DNA from: Felis catus
Taxonomy: Eukaryota
Assembly: GCF_018350175.1 (NCBI RefSeq)
Contig: NC_058369.1
Span: forward strand, 1,552,001-1,616,000
Direction: 5' to 3'
Length of the DNA stretch: 64,000 nucleotides
Part shown: one piece after another, positions 53,201-64,000 of the stretch
Layout of the letters: every line of letters starts with the position of its first letter
Position numbering within the stretch: position 1 is the stretch's first letter
Notes under the pieces: generated by a model
What the model was told of the DNA's origin: nothing
Database searches by the model: none
What the model saw: the letters and a program-made list of their open reading frames with translations, nothing else
Translations under genes and position numbers: made by a program

Positions 53201-56200
53201 AACCCCCGCGAGAGTGAGCCCTAACGTCAGCTGTGGGCTTCAGTTAACGATAACGTATTGGTGTTGCCTCGTCCGTGACAACAGCCTAGCCCGCTCATTA
53301 ATGGAAGGTGAAAAAGGTGTTTATAACGGGGAAACCGGAGGGGGGATTTTGGAAACTCTGTACCATCCACTCGTTTTCCTATAAACGTAAAACTGCCTTA
53401 AAAAAAAAAAACCCCAAAACTCTATTTAAAAAATAGGAAGGAAAAATTCCCGCAAATGCAACGGTGACTCGGGTGGCGGCTGGGGCTGTGGGCAGGGACA
53501 CAGGCACCAGGCCTCGGTCCCGGTGACCACCAAGCTGAGGGACCCTGGATAAGCCCGGCCCCTGCCACAGTTTGCCCGTCCGGACTGCGGACCGTGACGG
53601 TCGGGCCCTGGCGGGTGTGAGGCTTACAGCGGGTCACATCCGACTGCCTGCTGTGGCGCACGCTGTCCCCGATCAAGTACTCCGTCCTGCTGCTGTCCAC
53701 ACCCGCACAACTTGGTTGTGCGCGTTTCCCGTGCGGCCCTTTTACTCAAAAGTGGCCACAGTGTGCGCTTTTGAAGAGAAAAGCCCGCAGCCTGAGGGCT
53801 GCCTCCCCCACGCGGCCTGTATGGTGGCTGAGGTGCTCCAGTGGGGGGACGGAAGCGGACCGAGTTTCCCGGGGCGGGCGCCCGACAGGTGCCGTGGAGG
53901 ACGAGGGCCACTGCGCACACGTGAGGTGGGCGGCAAGGTCCCTGGGGACCCGTGACGCAACAGTGGTTCCCAAGTCCAGGGCAGAGAAGGGAGGCTGGGC
54001 TCTGGCCCGTCCTTCCCCCTGGGAGCACAGGGGCCCCGTGCTGACAGCTCCCTACAGACTCCGCTTCAGGAGCGCTGCTCGGGTTTGAAATCTGCCTGGG
54101 GAAGGGGCGCCTGGGGGGCTCAGTCGGATGAGCGTCCGCCTCTTGCCGTCGCTCAGATCATGATCTCACAGTCGGTGAGACCGAGCCCTGCATCGAGCTC
54201 TGTGCTGACAGTGCGGAGCCTGCCTGGGATTCTCTCTCCCCCTCTCTCTGCTCCTGCCACTCTCTCAAAATAAATCAACTTCTGAAAAGAAAAAAGAAAA
54301 AAAAAAAAAAAAAAAAAGGAATCTCCCCTGGGCTGCATGATGCTGGGAAGGGGCGTCTGGAGGCCAAGGCCACAGAGCTGGGTCCCGGGGACGCAGCCCA
54401 GGACGAGGGTGGCAAACGCCAGCCACACACCTACCTTTTGTTCGTCTCTTCCAGCTCAGCCTTCACCTTCCCCAGCTCGATCTGCAGCCGGGCCCGCTCT
54501 CGGGCCGTCTCGTCCAGCACCCTGCGGGCGTCGGCCAGCTCCGACTCGTACAGCGTCTTGAGGCCGCTCACCTGAGGGGGTTCGGCAAGGCCCAGGTCAA
54601 AGAGAAGCCTCTTCCCCACCGCGCAGGCTCCCCACACCCCCCCCTCCCCGGGCCAGACGGAGCTCGCAGGGACAGCGGAGGCTTCCGCACCCAGTTCGGC
54701 CCCACTAGCCCGGGGCCACCCCAGCCGGTCCCACCCGCCCTTGTGGCCCGTCCCCTGCCCAGGTCACCCACCAGCTGGGCACACGGCTCGCTTCTCGCGG
54801 CCTTCTTGCCCCCAGCCTCCCCCATGTCTACGTGCCCAGGACCACGCACATGTGTTCACGATATCTGGGACCCAACAGGACAGTGAGGTATCCCCTCCAC
54901 CCTCTAGGACGGCTGGAGTCGAAAAGACAAAGGACAACAAATGCTGGCAACACAGAGAAATGGGGCCCTCCACGCACGGCAGGGGGAATGGAAAGTCGGG
55001 GAGCCGCTGCAGAAGACCACGGGGCGTCCCCTCGGACGGGTTAGCAGACTCACCTGTAACCCGCCAATTCCACGGCTGAGTATCTGTCTGCCCAGAAGCA
55101 GTAACGCACGCGTCTACACAAACCCGGGTGCGTGTTCACAGCAGCACGATTCACAACAGCCACAGAGTGGACACGACCCACAGGGCCATCCGTGGACGAA
55201 CACACACGGCACCGCACCCACTCACTTGGCCTCAAGCAGGAGCGAGGCGCCCACCCCCGCCGCCCCGCGGACGGACCCCGAACACGCGACGCTCAGGGAG
55301 GGAACCGGACGCGAGAGGCCACGCGGGGTGTGGGCCCACGTGTGTGAAACGTCCAGGACGGGCTCCTCCACGGACAGGAGGGGGGCTCGTGGGGGCTAGG
55401 AGCTGGGGGCTGGGGGTGATGGGGTTCCCTCTGGGGAGATGGAATGTTCTGGAATTGGACGGAGGTGAAGGCTGCACCATTCTGGAAGTGCTAGAAGCAC
55501 GGAGATGTAGAGTGTGACTGGGTGAGCGGTGGGAGACGGGGCCGCGGGACGACAAGCACAGCCATCGCTGTGGAGCTAGGAGGTGCCCGCGCGGGTGTGT
55601 ATCCGGGGCGCGGCTGGGACCCCACCTGTCCACAGGAAAGGCCCCTGGGCTGAGGGGCCGTGGAACCTGCCATGTGCTAGGGTCATGACCATCCCGGCTC
55701 GCCAGAGGCCAAGGAGCCTCCAGGAGGTGGCGCTTTTCAGAAAAGATGCTTTGTTTTTTGTTTTTTTTTTTTAAGTTTTTTTCAAGTTTTATTTAAGTAA
55801 TCTCTACACCCAACACGGGGCTTGAACGCACAACCTGGAGACCAAGAGTTGTATGCTCCACCGACGGAGCCAGCCAGGCGCCCCAAGAGCTGGGTGGGGT
55901 TTTAACATCCAGTCTGAGACCCCACGCACCACCCCCACTGGCCCGGGCACCCTGTGCCTCAACCCGGCAGCCCCCAGTCATCTCATCCCACAGGTAAGAC
56001 GGGACCCGGGCTCCCAGGCCCACTTCCCAGACAGGGAGCGGTGAGCTGTGGTCTCCTGACCTGCAGGTGCAGGGCCGGTCTGCCGGACGCAGCTCCAAGG
56101 TCAGGACACACGATAGGGGGAGTGGAGACAAAGCCAGCTTCTCCCTCCTGCACCCCCAACAGCAAGAGCCCTCCCTCCCACAAAGGTGGTCACCTCTGGC

Positions 56201-59200
56201 CACACCCGATGTCTCCAACTCTGGGAACTGGCTTCTGGAATAAACCTCAGTTCACAAAGTGACTGGCTCCTCTCTCCACAGGTAGATGGGCACCTGGGTT
56301 TACGTGTGTGTCTTTGCTCGTCTCCTGCCATCTCACCTTCTAGAACTCTCCTGAGCCTGAGGGAGGGGCACACGCAGGGCATACCCCTGCTCCTCCCCCA
56401 GCCTGGGGCCCTTTCCCTCACACCCTCCCCTCACCAGGCAGAGGGTCCTGGGACGAACAGTGACCGACACAACGGTCACTAAGGCGACCTCAGTACGGAG
56501 CCTGGTCAGGGCACAGGGCACGAGAAGCCAGCAACTATGACACCGTATTTAAGTTTTCGATATTTCATTCACAGCAAGATTTCTGTACTAGTTAAAAAAA
56601 AATGTTTTTGGAGTAAACTCTACCCCCAACGTGGGGCTCGAACTCACGACTCCAAGATCAGGAGACACGTGCTCCGCCGAGTGAGCCAGCCAGGCGTCCT
56701 ACACGTTTTAGTTTCTTGAATAGTCCGTGAAAATATTACTTGTCGCACTGCCCCAGCCTGACCACGAGGAAAAGGAGGCAAACCCCACTGGACAGACGTC
56801 TTACGAATTCCTGACCGGCACTCCTCACGGCGGCCCAGGGCATGCACACGAGGGAAGTCTCAGAAAGCGTCTCGGTCCAGAGGGGCCCGAGGAGACAGGA
56901 CGCCTGGATGCCATGTGGGGTCCCCAGGGGGTCCTGGGGCAGAGGGGTCAGGGGAAACTGAGGACCCACAAATAAAGTATGGGCGTTAGTCAACGAGGTC
57001 AACGTGCCGTCAATACTGGTGACATCGCGGTGACAAACACTAACGCGAGGGATCAGCAGGGGAACGGGGCTGGGCTCTGTGGGAACCCCGCGCTAGCCTT
57101 GCCGTTTTTCTATACATCTAAAACTGGCCTAAAACATCAGGTTGAGTCAGTAAAAATACACCCTATCGCTTGTCTTCACGATTGAGATTTTTGGCACACA
57201 CACACCCCCCCCCCCGGATTCTGTGCCCGAAGCGTCACAACCACCTCAAGTGTCCTGTTTAAAGTACCAAGTTCTGGGGCGCCCGGCTGGCTCCGTCACT
57301 AGAGCATTCGGCTCTCGATCTCAGGGTGGTGAGTTCGAGCCCCACGGTTACAGGGATGACTTAAAAAAACAAAACAAACCAAAAAAAAGCACAACACCAA
57401 GCCCTTGCAGTGTGACTCAGGTCCCTGCGTGTGCCCGCGTGCGGCTGGTGTCCCTTTGGTCTCGACAAGGCACTTATCTACAGCCAGGTCTGCAAACTCG
57501 GGCCCACGCGCCAATTTCCACCACGCCACCTGTCTTCGTCCAGCCTGCAAGCCCCGAGTAGTTTTTGCATCTTTAAATGGCCGAGGGGGGAAAAGGAAAG
57601 ACAAGACAAGAAAAAGAGGTTTTGCGACACAGGGAGGGAAACCCCAGGAACTCTGATCTCAGCGTGTACAAACGAAGTTTCGCGGGCACGCGGCCCGGCC
57701 CGCTCCGTCACACGGTGTCTGCGGCGGCTCTCCGCTGCAGCCTCGGAGTCGAGCGGCCCCGACGGAGACTTCCAGCCCACAGCGCTAAAACGCGGACCCG
57801 GCTCCACAGCAGCGGGGCGGCCTGGAAACTTCTTGCAGGGGACAAGCTCACAGACTCCTTTTTCTCGGACCACTGACAGGCGCTCCCCTGGCAGGCCCTG
57901 CTTCCCTGCACCTGTGAGGCACCGCGGGCACAGCAACCGGAGACCAACGGCTGGGCCGACTGTTCGGCCTTTCGTGGCATTCCGCAAGTGCCAGGAGTGA
58001 GCAAATGCGCTCGCATGTGTTGGGCAGAGGGGGGGTGTGGGGGGGGGGGGCGCACGTAACCCGAGGTGGCCTTTTCCTGTCCCTGTGTCTCTGGGGGACG
58101 ACTTCCCGGCTGAGAACCACAGTCCCACAATCCCCTAATGCAGGCAGCCCCAAGTGCTACTCTCCCACCCAGCTCGCCCTGCCCAGCCCCTGCTCCCTGG
58201 GTCCACCTGAGAGGGAGTCCCGACCCCCCCCCCCCAGGAGGAACAGGACACCTGGGCAGGTAAGGGAAAAGAAACCGAAGGCTGGAGGAACCTAACACCC
58301 AATGGGGGAGGCTCCTTGGAGAACTGCCCCTCCCTCCCGGGCCCCTTCCCTCCCCGCCCGCACCCAGATCTCTCTCCAACAGAACCCGGCCCGCCCCAGC
58401 CTTTCCAGAAACCTTCTAGTGATCCGAGCACATGGCTATTGAGCAGTGCACTACCCGCCCCACGTGTGAGAGCGAGCCTGCGGGCAGGACTCAAAAGGGG
58501 TGAAGCTGTGGTTTTACTTCGCGCAGTTCCACTGTCTGGATTTTATGACAAGCGTGTGACACGCTCAGAACAGCTTAAAAGGCATCTTCAAAGGGTTCCT
58601 CAAGTGGTTTCTCCTCTTGGCGTTGGGGCGGGATCATCCTCTGGGGCAAGGCCAGCCTGGGCACTGTGGGGGCTGAGCACACCCCTCTCCCCAGCCACCC
58701 GATGCCAGGCGCACCCCCAGCGGGATGACCACTAGCGCCCCCAGACATCATTCTGTGTCGGGCAGTCTCCATCCAGGTGCGAAGCTTCCGCGCAGGTAAA
58801 ATAAACGCTGCTTGGCCCGTGGCCCTCCCACCCGAGCCACCTCTCCAGCCCCCTCTGCTTCTGCCCAGCTCAGCAGTCAGGCCGGGGCCCCACTGTAGCC
58901 CAAGGCCATTTCCAGGTCACTCCCTCTGAAGGGCCCATGTGACCACCTTCCCCATCCCTCCGCAGGTCACCAGCTCCCTCCACTGCCCAGTTAAGAGGGG
59001 CGTTTATCCCCCATTTATCCTGGGAGCCCACCCCTCACCCCTGGAGCCTGTGCACAGCCCTCAAGGTCACGGTGGGGCAGGCTTATCACCCGAAGCACCA
59101 CTCCCCTTGTTCCCAGGAGCAAGCCTCACCCCTGAAAAGTAAGTAACGCCACTGCCCAGACAGACAGACAGACAGGGCCCGGATACAGCTCCCTGGCCCC

Positions 59201-61468
59201 ACGTGTGTGCGCTCCAGGGACAGCACCCACTTCCGCTCCGCCCACCAGGCTCATGGCCCCCAAAGGTCTGTTCGCCATTTACTCTGTCTGTCGGTGGGAC
59301 AACCGAGGCCAGGGGAAAGACCAGAGGCCAGGTCCCGTGGCGTCCTGACCAGCCTGCAGGTGGGAGCTGGAGGTCCACATCCTGAGGACACGAGCACCGC
59401 TGAGGCAGGTGGCCACGCTTGGGACCGGACAATTCTAGCCCCACGGCATAAATGACCTGCCCCCTGGTCACACAGACTAAAAGCAGTTTGGATCTGGGTT
59501 TGAATCCAGGTCCGAGCAACACACACCACCACCCCCCGCCAAGGACGCTTCTTCCTCCCCGTCACCCAAGCCGCTTTCTGAGCCACTGAGGCCACGATTA
59601 CACAGGGGCAACGAAGCCACAGGGCACTTCCCCTGAGCGCCTGCCCTTTATTCCACGAAGCCAATACCAACTGCCAGGGCCCACCAGCTGGCACAGAAGG
59701 TGGGTATTGGTATTTCCACTTTACAGAAGAGGAACTGAGCCCCAGAGGGTAAGTGACTTGCCCAGGGTCACACGAAGGGTAAGTGAGTGGCTCCCAGAAA
59801 TGCCCCCCTAGCTGCTGTCCTCCCAGAACTCTGTCACACGGTCCACTGTCAGCCTAGGGACGCCGTGGCTTCCGGACCTGGCTCTCCTAGCGGCCCTCAG
59901 GGGGGACCGCAAGGTGAGCACCCTCGTCACCCCAACCCATACTCAGAGGACCCCTACGTGGGTTTCAGGGGGCCGGCTAAACGAGAAAAGAGCCTGGGGC
60001 CAATGAGGGTTGGGGGATAGTTGGGTGGGAGCCGCAGTGCCCACCAGGAACCCACCCAGGACCCCCAGACATCTGGCTCTCACATCCCCTCAGGGATGTG
60101 AAACCCTGGGGCCCACCTGGAACCCAAAACTTCCTAGTGGGTCCCCAAGACCAGCTGTCTTCCCATCCCCTCTCATCCACTCATCAAACAACTCATCAGC
60201 AAACAGGGCTCCCCAGGGCCCAACTGAGGACCTCTCAAATTTCCCGCGGGATCCCTAACACATCAGCCCCCCCCCCCCCAGGATGCCCTCCCACCCCAGG
60301 TGCGGGTAGGAGCCGAAGCCTACAGCCTAACCACCTCCCCAGTCCCTGAACTCCCCAGAGTTCATCACAGGACTTCTGCAGAGTTCTACAGAGAAAAGAC
60401 CACGTGACTCGCCCCAGGGACCCCCACCCGCACCCATGAGACCCTCCACCCCTCCTCAGGGCCCCATCAGACAGCCTGAACTCCCAGTCTCCTCAGAGAC
60501 CAGAGAACCCCACCAAATTTTCTCCCAGGACACCAGAACAGACTAACGCAGCCCCACAACTCTTAGGGGCGTGGCTTACTCTGGCTCACACCCTCTCAGT
60601 CAGGGGATCCCCAGATCTTCTCCGATCACTCAGCCCTCGGGGCTGTCCCATATCCACCAGTCGTACAGAGGACCCCGAGATGCCCTAGGGGTCCCTCAGA
60701 GCACGGTCTGCCCCAGACTGCACTCCTCACTTAGGAGACACCCGAAACCCCCTGCGGGCGCTTCGGCGGACGGGGCCCGCCCCAGTATGCAACACTCGCT
60801 CACAGGTCCCCCCAAAATTCCCTGGGAGTCCTCGGTGGGCGAGGCCTGTCCCAGGATGCACGCCTTGCTCACGGGTCCCCCGAAAAATCTGAGGACCCCC
60901 CTCGGTGGGCGGGGCCTGCTCCCGTGTGCACCCCTCGCTCACAGGTCCCCCGAAAAACCCGAGAATCCCCCTCGGTGTGCGGGGCCTGCCCCAGTGTGCA
61001 CCCCTCGCTCACAGGTTCCCCGAGAAACCCCTGAGGACCCCTCGGTGGTCAGGGCCCACCTGGCCTCCAAACCTCACTCGCGGGGATCCCCGAAGCCCCC
61101 CAGGTACCCTCGGAGGCCGATGCCCACCACAGCGTGCGACCCTAGGGGTCCCCCCGAAGCCCCGGGGAACCCCCCCCCGGTGGGCGGGGCCTGCCCAGTG
61201 TCACTCCCGCGCAGGGGAACCCCCCGGAGCCCTCGGAGGCCGGAGCCCCCGCTCGCGCCCACCTCGCGCGTGGTCACCTCCTCCCTCTCGGAGATCTTGA
61301 GCAGGAGCCGGTCGTTCTCGAGCTCGAGCGCGCGGACGCGGTCGATGTAGTGCGCCAGGCGGTCATTGAGCTCGCGCAGCTCCTCCTTCTCCTGCAGCCG
61401 CGACAAGCGCGTGGGCGACAGCGGCGTGGCGGGTCCGCCCGCGCGGCCGGGCAGCGGCGTGCCCATGG

Positions 61469-61499
<31 letters not shown>

Positions 61500-61562
61500 G
61501 GCGGCGGCGACGGCTCGGGGCCCGCGCGGCTCGGAACGGCGGCCGCGGCTCGGCGGGCTCAT
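44759..61562 (-). CDS. LMNB2: Lamin B2, 640 aa from the upstream ATG (second in-frame ATG at 61466). Exons 61562-61263, 54571-54435, 50067-49911, 49691-49566, 48118-47948, 47840-47715, 47387-47167, 46974-46674, 46585-46478, 45950-45831, 45569-45456, 44800-44759
   Basis: [22 protein letters not shown] rod start; [11 protein letters not shown] rod end; KRKR NLS; Ig-fold lamin tail; acidic stretch; C-terminal CaaX CRVM-TGA. Spliced CDS is 1923 nt and phase-consistent. Confidence 0.98.
46773..46817 (-). repeat. Pure (GGC)15 coding repeat (poly-Gly) in LMNB2 exon 8
   Basis: 45 nt of uninterrupted GCC on the + strand. Confidence 0.95.
49215..49500 (+). mobile_element. MLT1-type LTR in LMNB2 intron 4
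   Basis: GTCCACATCCTGATCCTAGAACCTGGGAGTGTGACCTTATCTGGAAAGGGGG...GATCATTCTGGATTAT. Confidence 0.7.
50246..50287. repeat. (AC)21 microsatellite, LMNB2 intron 2
   Basis: Read directly from the sequence. Confidence 0.95.
50393..50841 (+). mobile_element. Two tandem Can-SINEs, LMNB2 intron 2
   Basis: Heads at 50393 and 50642. Confidence 0.9.
54104..54317 (+). mobile_element. Can-SINE
   Basis: SINEC head and long A tail. Confidence 0.88.
54890..55520 (+). mobile_element. Old L1 (L1MB-like) 3' fragment, strongly GC-shifted
   Basis: Highly similar to 16050-16330. Confidence 0.75.
55750..57390. mobile_element. Short Can-SINEs (55750-55884 minus, ~56600-56700 minus, 57276-57390 plus) and an old L1 3' fragment (~56740-57140)
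   Basis: SINEC heads and B-boxes; L1MC-like 3' end wording. Confidence 0.7.
60760..61215. repeat. 70-bp GC-rich minisatellite in LMNB2 intron 1, about 6-7 degenerate copies
   Basis: CTCGGTG-starting units at 60831, 60901, 60971, 61041, with degenerate copies at ~60762, ~61109 and ~61177. Confidence 0.85.
61467..61508 (-). repeat. (GCC)7-ACC-(GCC)6 repeat between the two in-frame LMNB2 ATGs
   Basis: Translates as AAAAAAATAAAAAA directly before gccgccATGG. Confidence 0.92.
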
Positions 61563-61830
61563 TCAATCCGCGCCGCCGACCAAGATGGCGCCCGGCGCCC
61601 GCCGCCGCGGGGCAGCCTGGGACTTGTAGTCCGTCGGGGCTTCGCGGGGCACGCCGGGAGCTGTAGTTTCCTGCGCGGGCTAGGCCGGCCCGCCTCCCGC
61701 TCGGGTTCCCGCTCCGTCCTTGGCTGTCCATAAACCATAATCCGTTAGCCAAGCCGCCCGCCCCGAAACTCCCAGCTCGACACCGAGAGACACCGGCTTT
61801 CCCGCCAATGCCCAGTTTCCACACTTGCAT
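61563..61830 (-). promoter_or_regulatory. LMNB2 CpG-island promoter
   Basis: YY1 motif AAGATGGCG 61582-61590; two ZNF143/SBS motifs on minus: GGACTACAAGTCCCAGGCTGC (61612-61632) and GAAACTACAGCTCCCGGCGTGC (61649-61670). Confidence 0.82.
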
Positions 61831-61957
61831 AGCCTACCTACTTCTTCGGAGTCCTATTAAAATGAAAGGTGAAGGAACCTGAAAAATATGCTCAGTGATG
61901 TCACTTACCTGTACAATTAAAATAAAACGAAATAATAAAATAAAATAACAGCTCACA

Positions 61958-62420
61958 GGGGTGCCTGGCCTGCTCACTCGGTGGAGTCTGCGACTCTTGA
62001 TCTCGGGGTCGTGAGTTCGAGTTCCACTTTGGGTGTGGAGATTACTTAAAAAAAATAGTACATTAACTTAAAAAAAGTAACTGAGCTCATAGATACAGAG
62101 AACAAGTTGGGGGTGGTTGCAGTGGAGAGGTGGGAGGTGAGCAAAGTAGGTGAACGTGGTCAAAAGGCACAAATTTCACGTTATAAGATGAATAAGTTCT
62201 GGGGATGTAATGTGCAGCATGGTGACTGTAGTTAATAACACTCTATTGCATATTTGAAGTTGCTAAGTGTTCACCACAAGAAAAAAAAATTGTAACTATG
62301 TACGGTGATGGTTGCTAACTAGACCCACTGAGGTCATTTCAACAATGCACACAAAGATCAAATCATTAGGTTGTACACCTGAAACTAATACAATGTAATA
62401 TGTCAATTACATCTCAATAT
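61958..62420 (+). mobile_element. Short Can-SINE (61958-62055) plus an L1 3' end (62075-62420)
   Basis: SINEC head; GTTATAAGATGAATAAGTTCTGGGGATGTAATGTGCAGCATGGTGAC is typical of an L1MA/MB 3' terminus. Confidence 0.85.
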
Positions 62421-63229
62421 TACACACAGGCACACACACCCCTCCGGGAAAGCCAGGCACAAAAGGCCACATAGTCTATGATTCCACTTGTATAAAATGT
62501 CCACAAGAGGGGCCTCTATAGAGCAGGGTCTTGGAGAGCCTGGACATTTGGCCGCATCCTGCTCTGGGGGGGGGGGGGGGGGACGTGGAGGAACATCTCC
62601 GGGCTCCCCACCGCTCCCCTTGAAGCCAGGAGCACCACTCCCTCACTCCAGTCCCTAAGACCAAAATGTCTACACATTTCCACGTGTCACCTCCGAGGCA
62701 AAATCACCCCCAGTTAGGATCACTTCCTTCCCCGTACCCTGGACCTTGCCAGGTGCTCTTTCTGCCTGGAGAACCCCTCCTTCCCATTTGTCCCACCTTG
62801 GGGACTGTGGCTTAAACAGCTTCCCTCAGGGAGTCTGGCCAGTGGCACGTTGAGAATGTGATTCCCCTTCCAGCCTTCTGAGGAGGCCAGGAGGTCTCCC
62901 CTGCGTGCTCACCTGTCTTGAACACCCAGGCAGGAGCAGGTCCCCAGCTACACTGTCACTCTGCTGTCTTCTCAAACGTTACCTCGTGCTTTAAACCTGA
63001 TATTGTCGTCTGCACCTGCTAACCGTGGGCCATCAAATACAAAAGACAGTTGGTAGAATGTGAGGGCATTTAAAGCAGAGGGAAGGTAGGTGATACTCCA
63101 GGCGGCAGGGCCAGAGGGGAAGGAGAGGACTGAGGTTTGAGGGTGGCATGGGGTCACCTTTCCAGCGCTCCACCCCCAGACTGAGCTGCCACCCCCTCCT
63201 CATCAAAGCAACTGGACCAGCGCCCAGAG

Positions 63230-64000
63230 CCACAGGTCAGCGACCTGACCCCCAGCGCCTGCAACTCAGGGCCCCGCAGGGTCCGGCGCACCGTGAACCG
63301 CTGTCACCCCTCCCGACGCGGGGATGTCCCATCCGCCTCCTGGTCTCTCCCAGGCCAGGGTGCCACTGCCCTGCTGGCTGTCGGGCTGGCCTGGCCTCAG
63401 CCTTCCCGTCTGTGAAACGGGGTCGGGTCCCTGCTACACGCCCTGACCTCTCAGCGCTGGGCGGGGCTCGGGGTCCGGAGCACCGCCCCCCGACGCGGGA
63501 CCCCCGGGGGCTGGACTCCAAGTCCCAGAAAGCCCTGCGCGCCCCGTGGGTGGGGCCCGGGACGTCCTCCCTCCCCGCGCGGTTGGAAAGGCTTCGGCAG
63601 TTTTCAAATTTTGGCGCTGGGCGGGCGGGGCGGCGACAGCTGCGGCCGCCCCCCGCCCCCTCCGCAGGCTGCGCTCCGGACCCCTGGCCCGCACGGGACA
63701 CTAAGGCACGGGACCCCCTAGCAGGGGCGACGCGGAGGCGGGACTCGAACCCAGGAGCGCACGCAGAGAGTGCTCGGCTGTCTGCCTTGGAGGCAGGGGG
63801 TCCGGGTAGGGGTGGGAGGGGCCGAGCCCGGGACCGCCCAGCGCGCCCACCCCTCCCCCAGTCGTCCCCTCCGCGCCCCGGGCTTAGCGCTCCGTTTGGC
63901 GCCTGATTTTTCAAAACCTCGGTCCAACGGACGCCGCTGGCTGCGGGCCCGGCTCGCGAGCCTGGATCCTGGGTTCCGGGGCCTGGCGGGGAGTGCACAT
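63230..64000. promoter_or_regulatory. Second CpG-rich island upstream of LMNB2 (possible enhancer or lncRNA promoter), containing MIR remnants
   Basis: High CpG/GC content and GC boxes; MIR-like GGCCTCAGCCTTCCCGTCTGTGAAACGGGG at ~63393 and GGGACTCGAACCCAGG at ~63740. Confidence 0.45.

Noticed and set aside
60571..61350. 259-aa plus-strand ORF with internal repeats
   Set aside because: Read-through of the 70-bp minisatellite (period not divisible by 3) and antisense of LMNB2 exon 1.
63148..63998. Overlapping 252/253-aa ORFs on both strands and a tRNA-like B-box at ~63740
   Set aside because: Stop-poor CpG island; the B-box fits a MIR core and I see no cloverleaf.

Overview
Mammalian genomic DNA, very likely a felid: it carries many carnivore/feline-type tRNA-derived Can-SINEs, several with intact target-site duplications. 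It is GC-rich and has the human 19p13.3 gene order TMPRSS9 > < TIMM13 < LMNB2. I reconstructed three complete spliced genes by hand, all phase-consistent: TMPRSS9/polyserase-1 (+, 18 coding exons, 1085 aa), TIMM13 (-, 3 exons, 95 aa) and LMNB2 (-, 12 exons, 640 aa). The LMNB2 poly(A)/TIMM13 promoter junction closely matches the human lamin B2 replication-origin core as I recall it. Most of the supplied ORF track is noise from GC-rich or repeat DNA. I cannot establish a new biological system. The best candidate for something unannotated is a CpG island at ~10.2 kb with four TCTCGCGAGA-type motifs at ~50-bp spacing. It appears to drive TMPRSS9 and possibly a divergent, multi-exon minus-strand transcript, though that transcript is speculative. 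Other points worth checking: two GCC/GGC coding expansions in LMNB2, two GC-AG introns, a TIMM13/TMPRSS9 antisense overlap, a possible lamin-B3-type exon, a 70-bp minisatellite, and old L1 copies that share GC-shifted substitutions.
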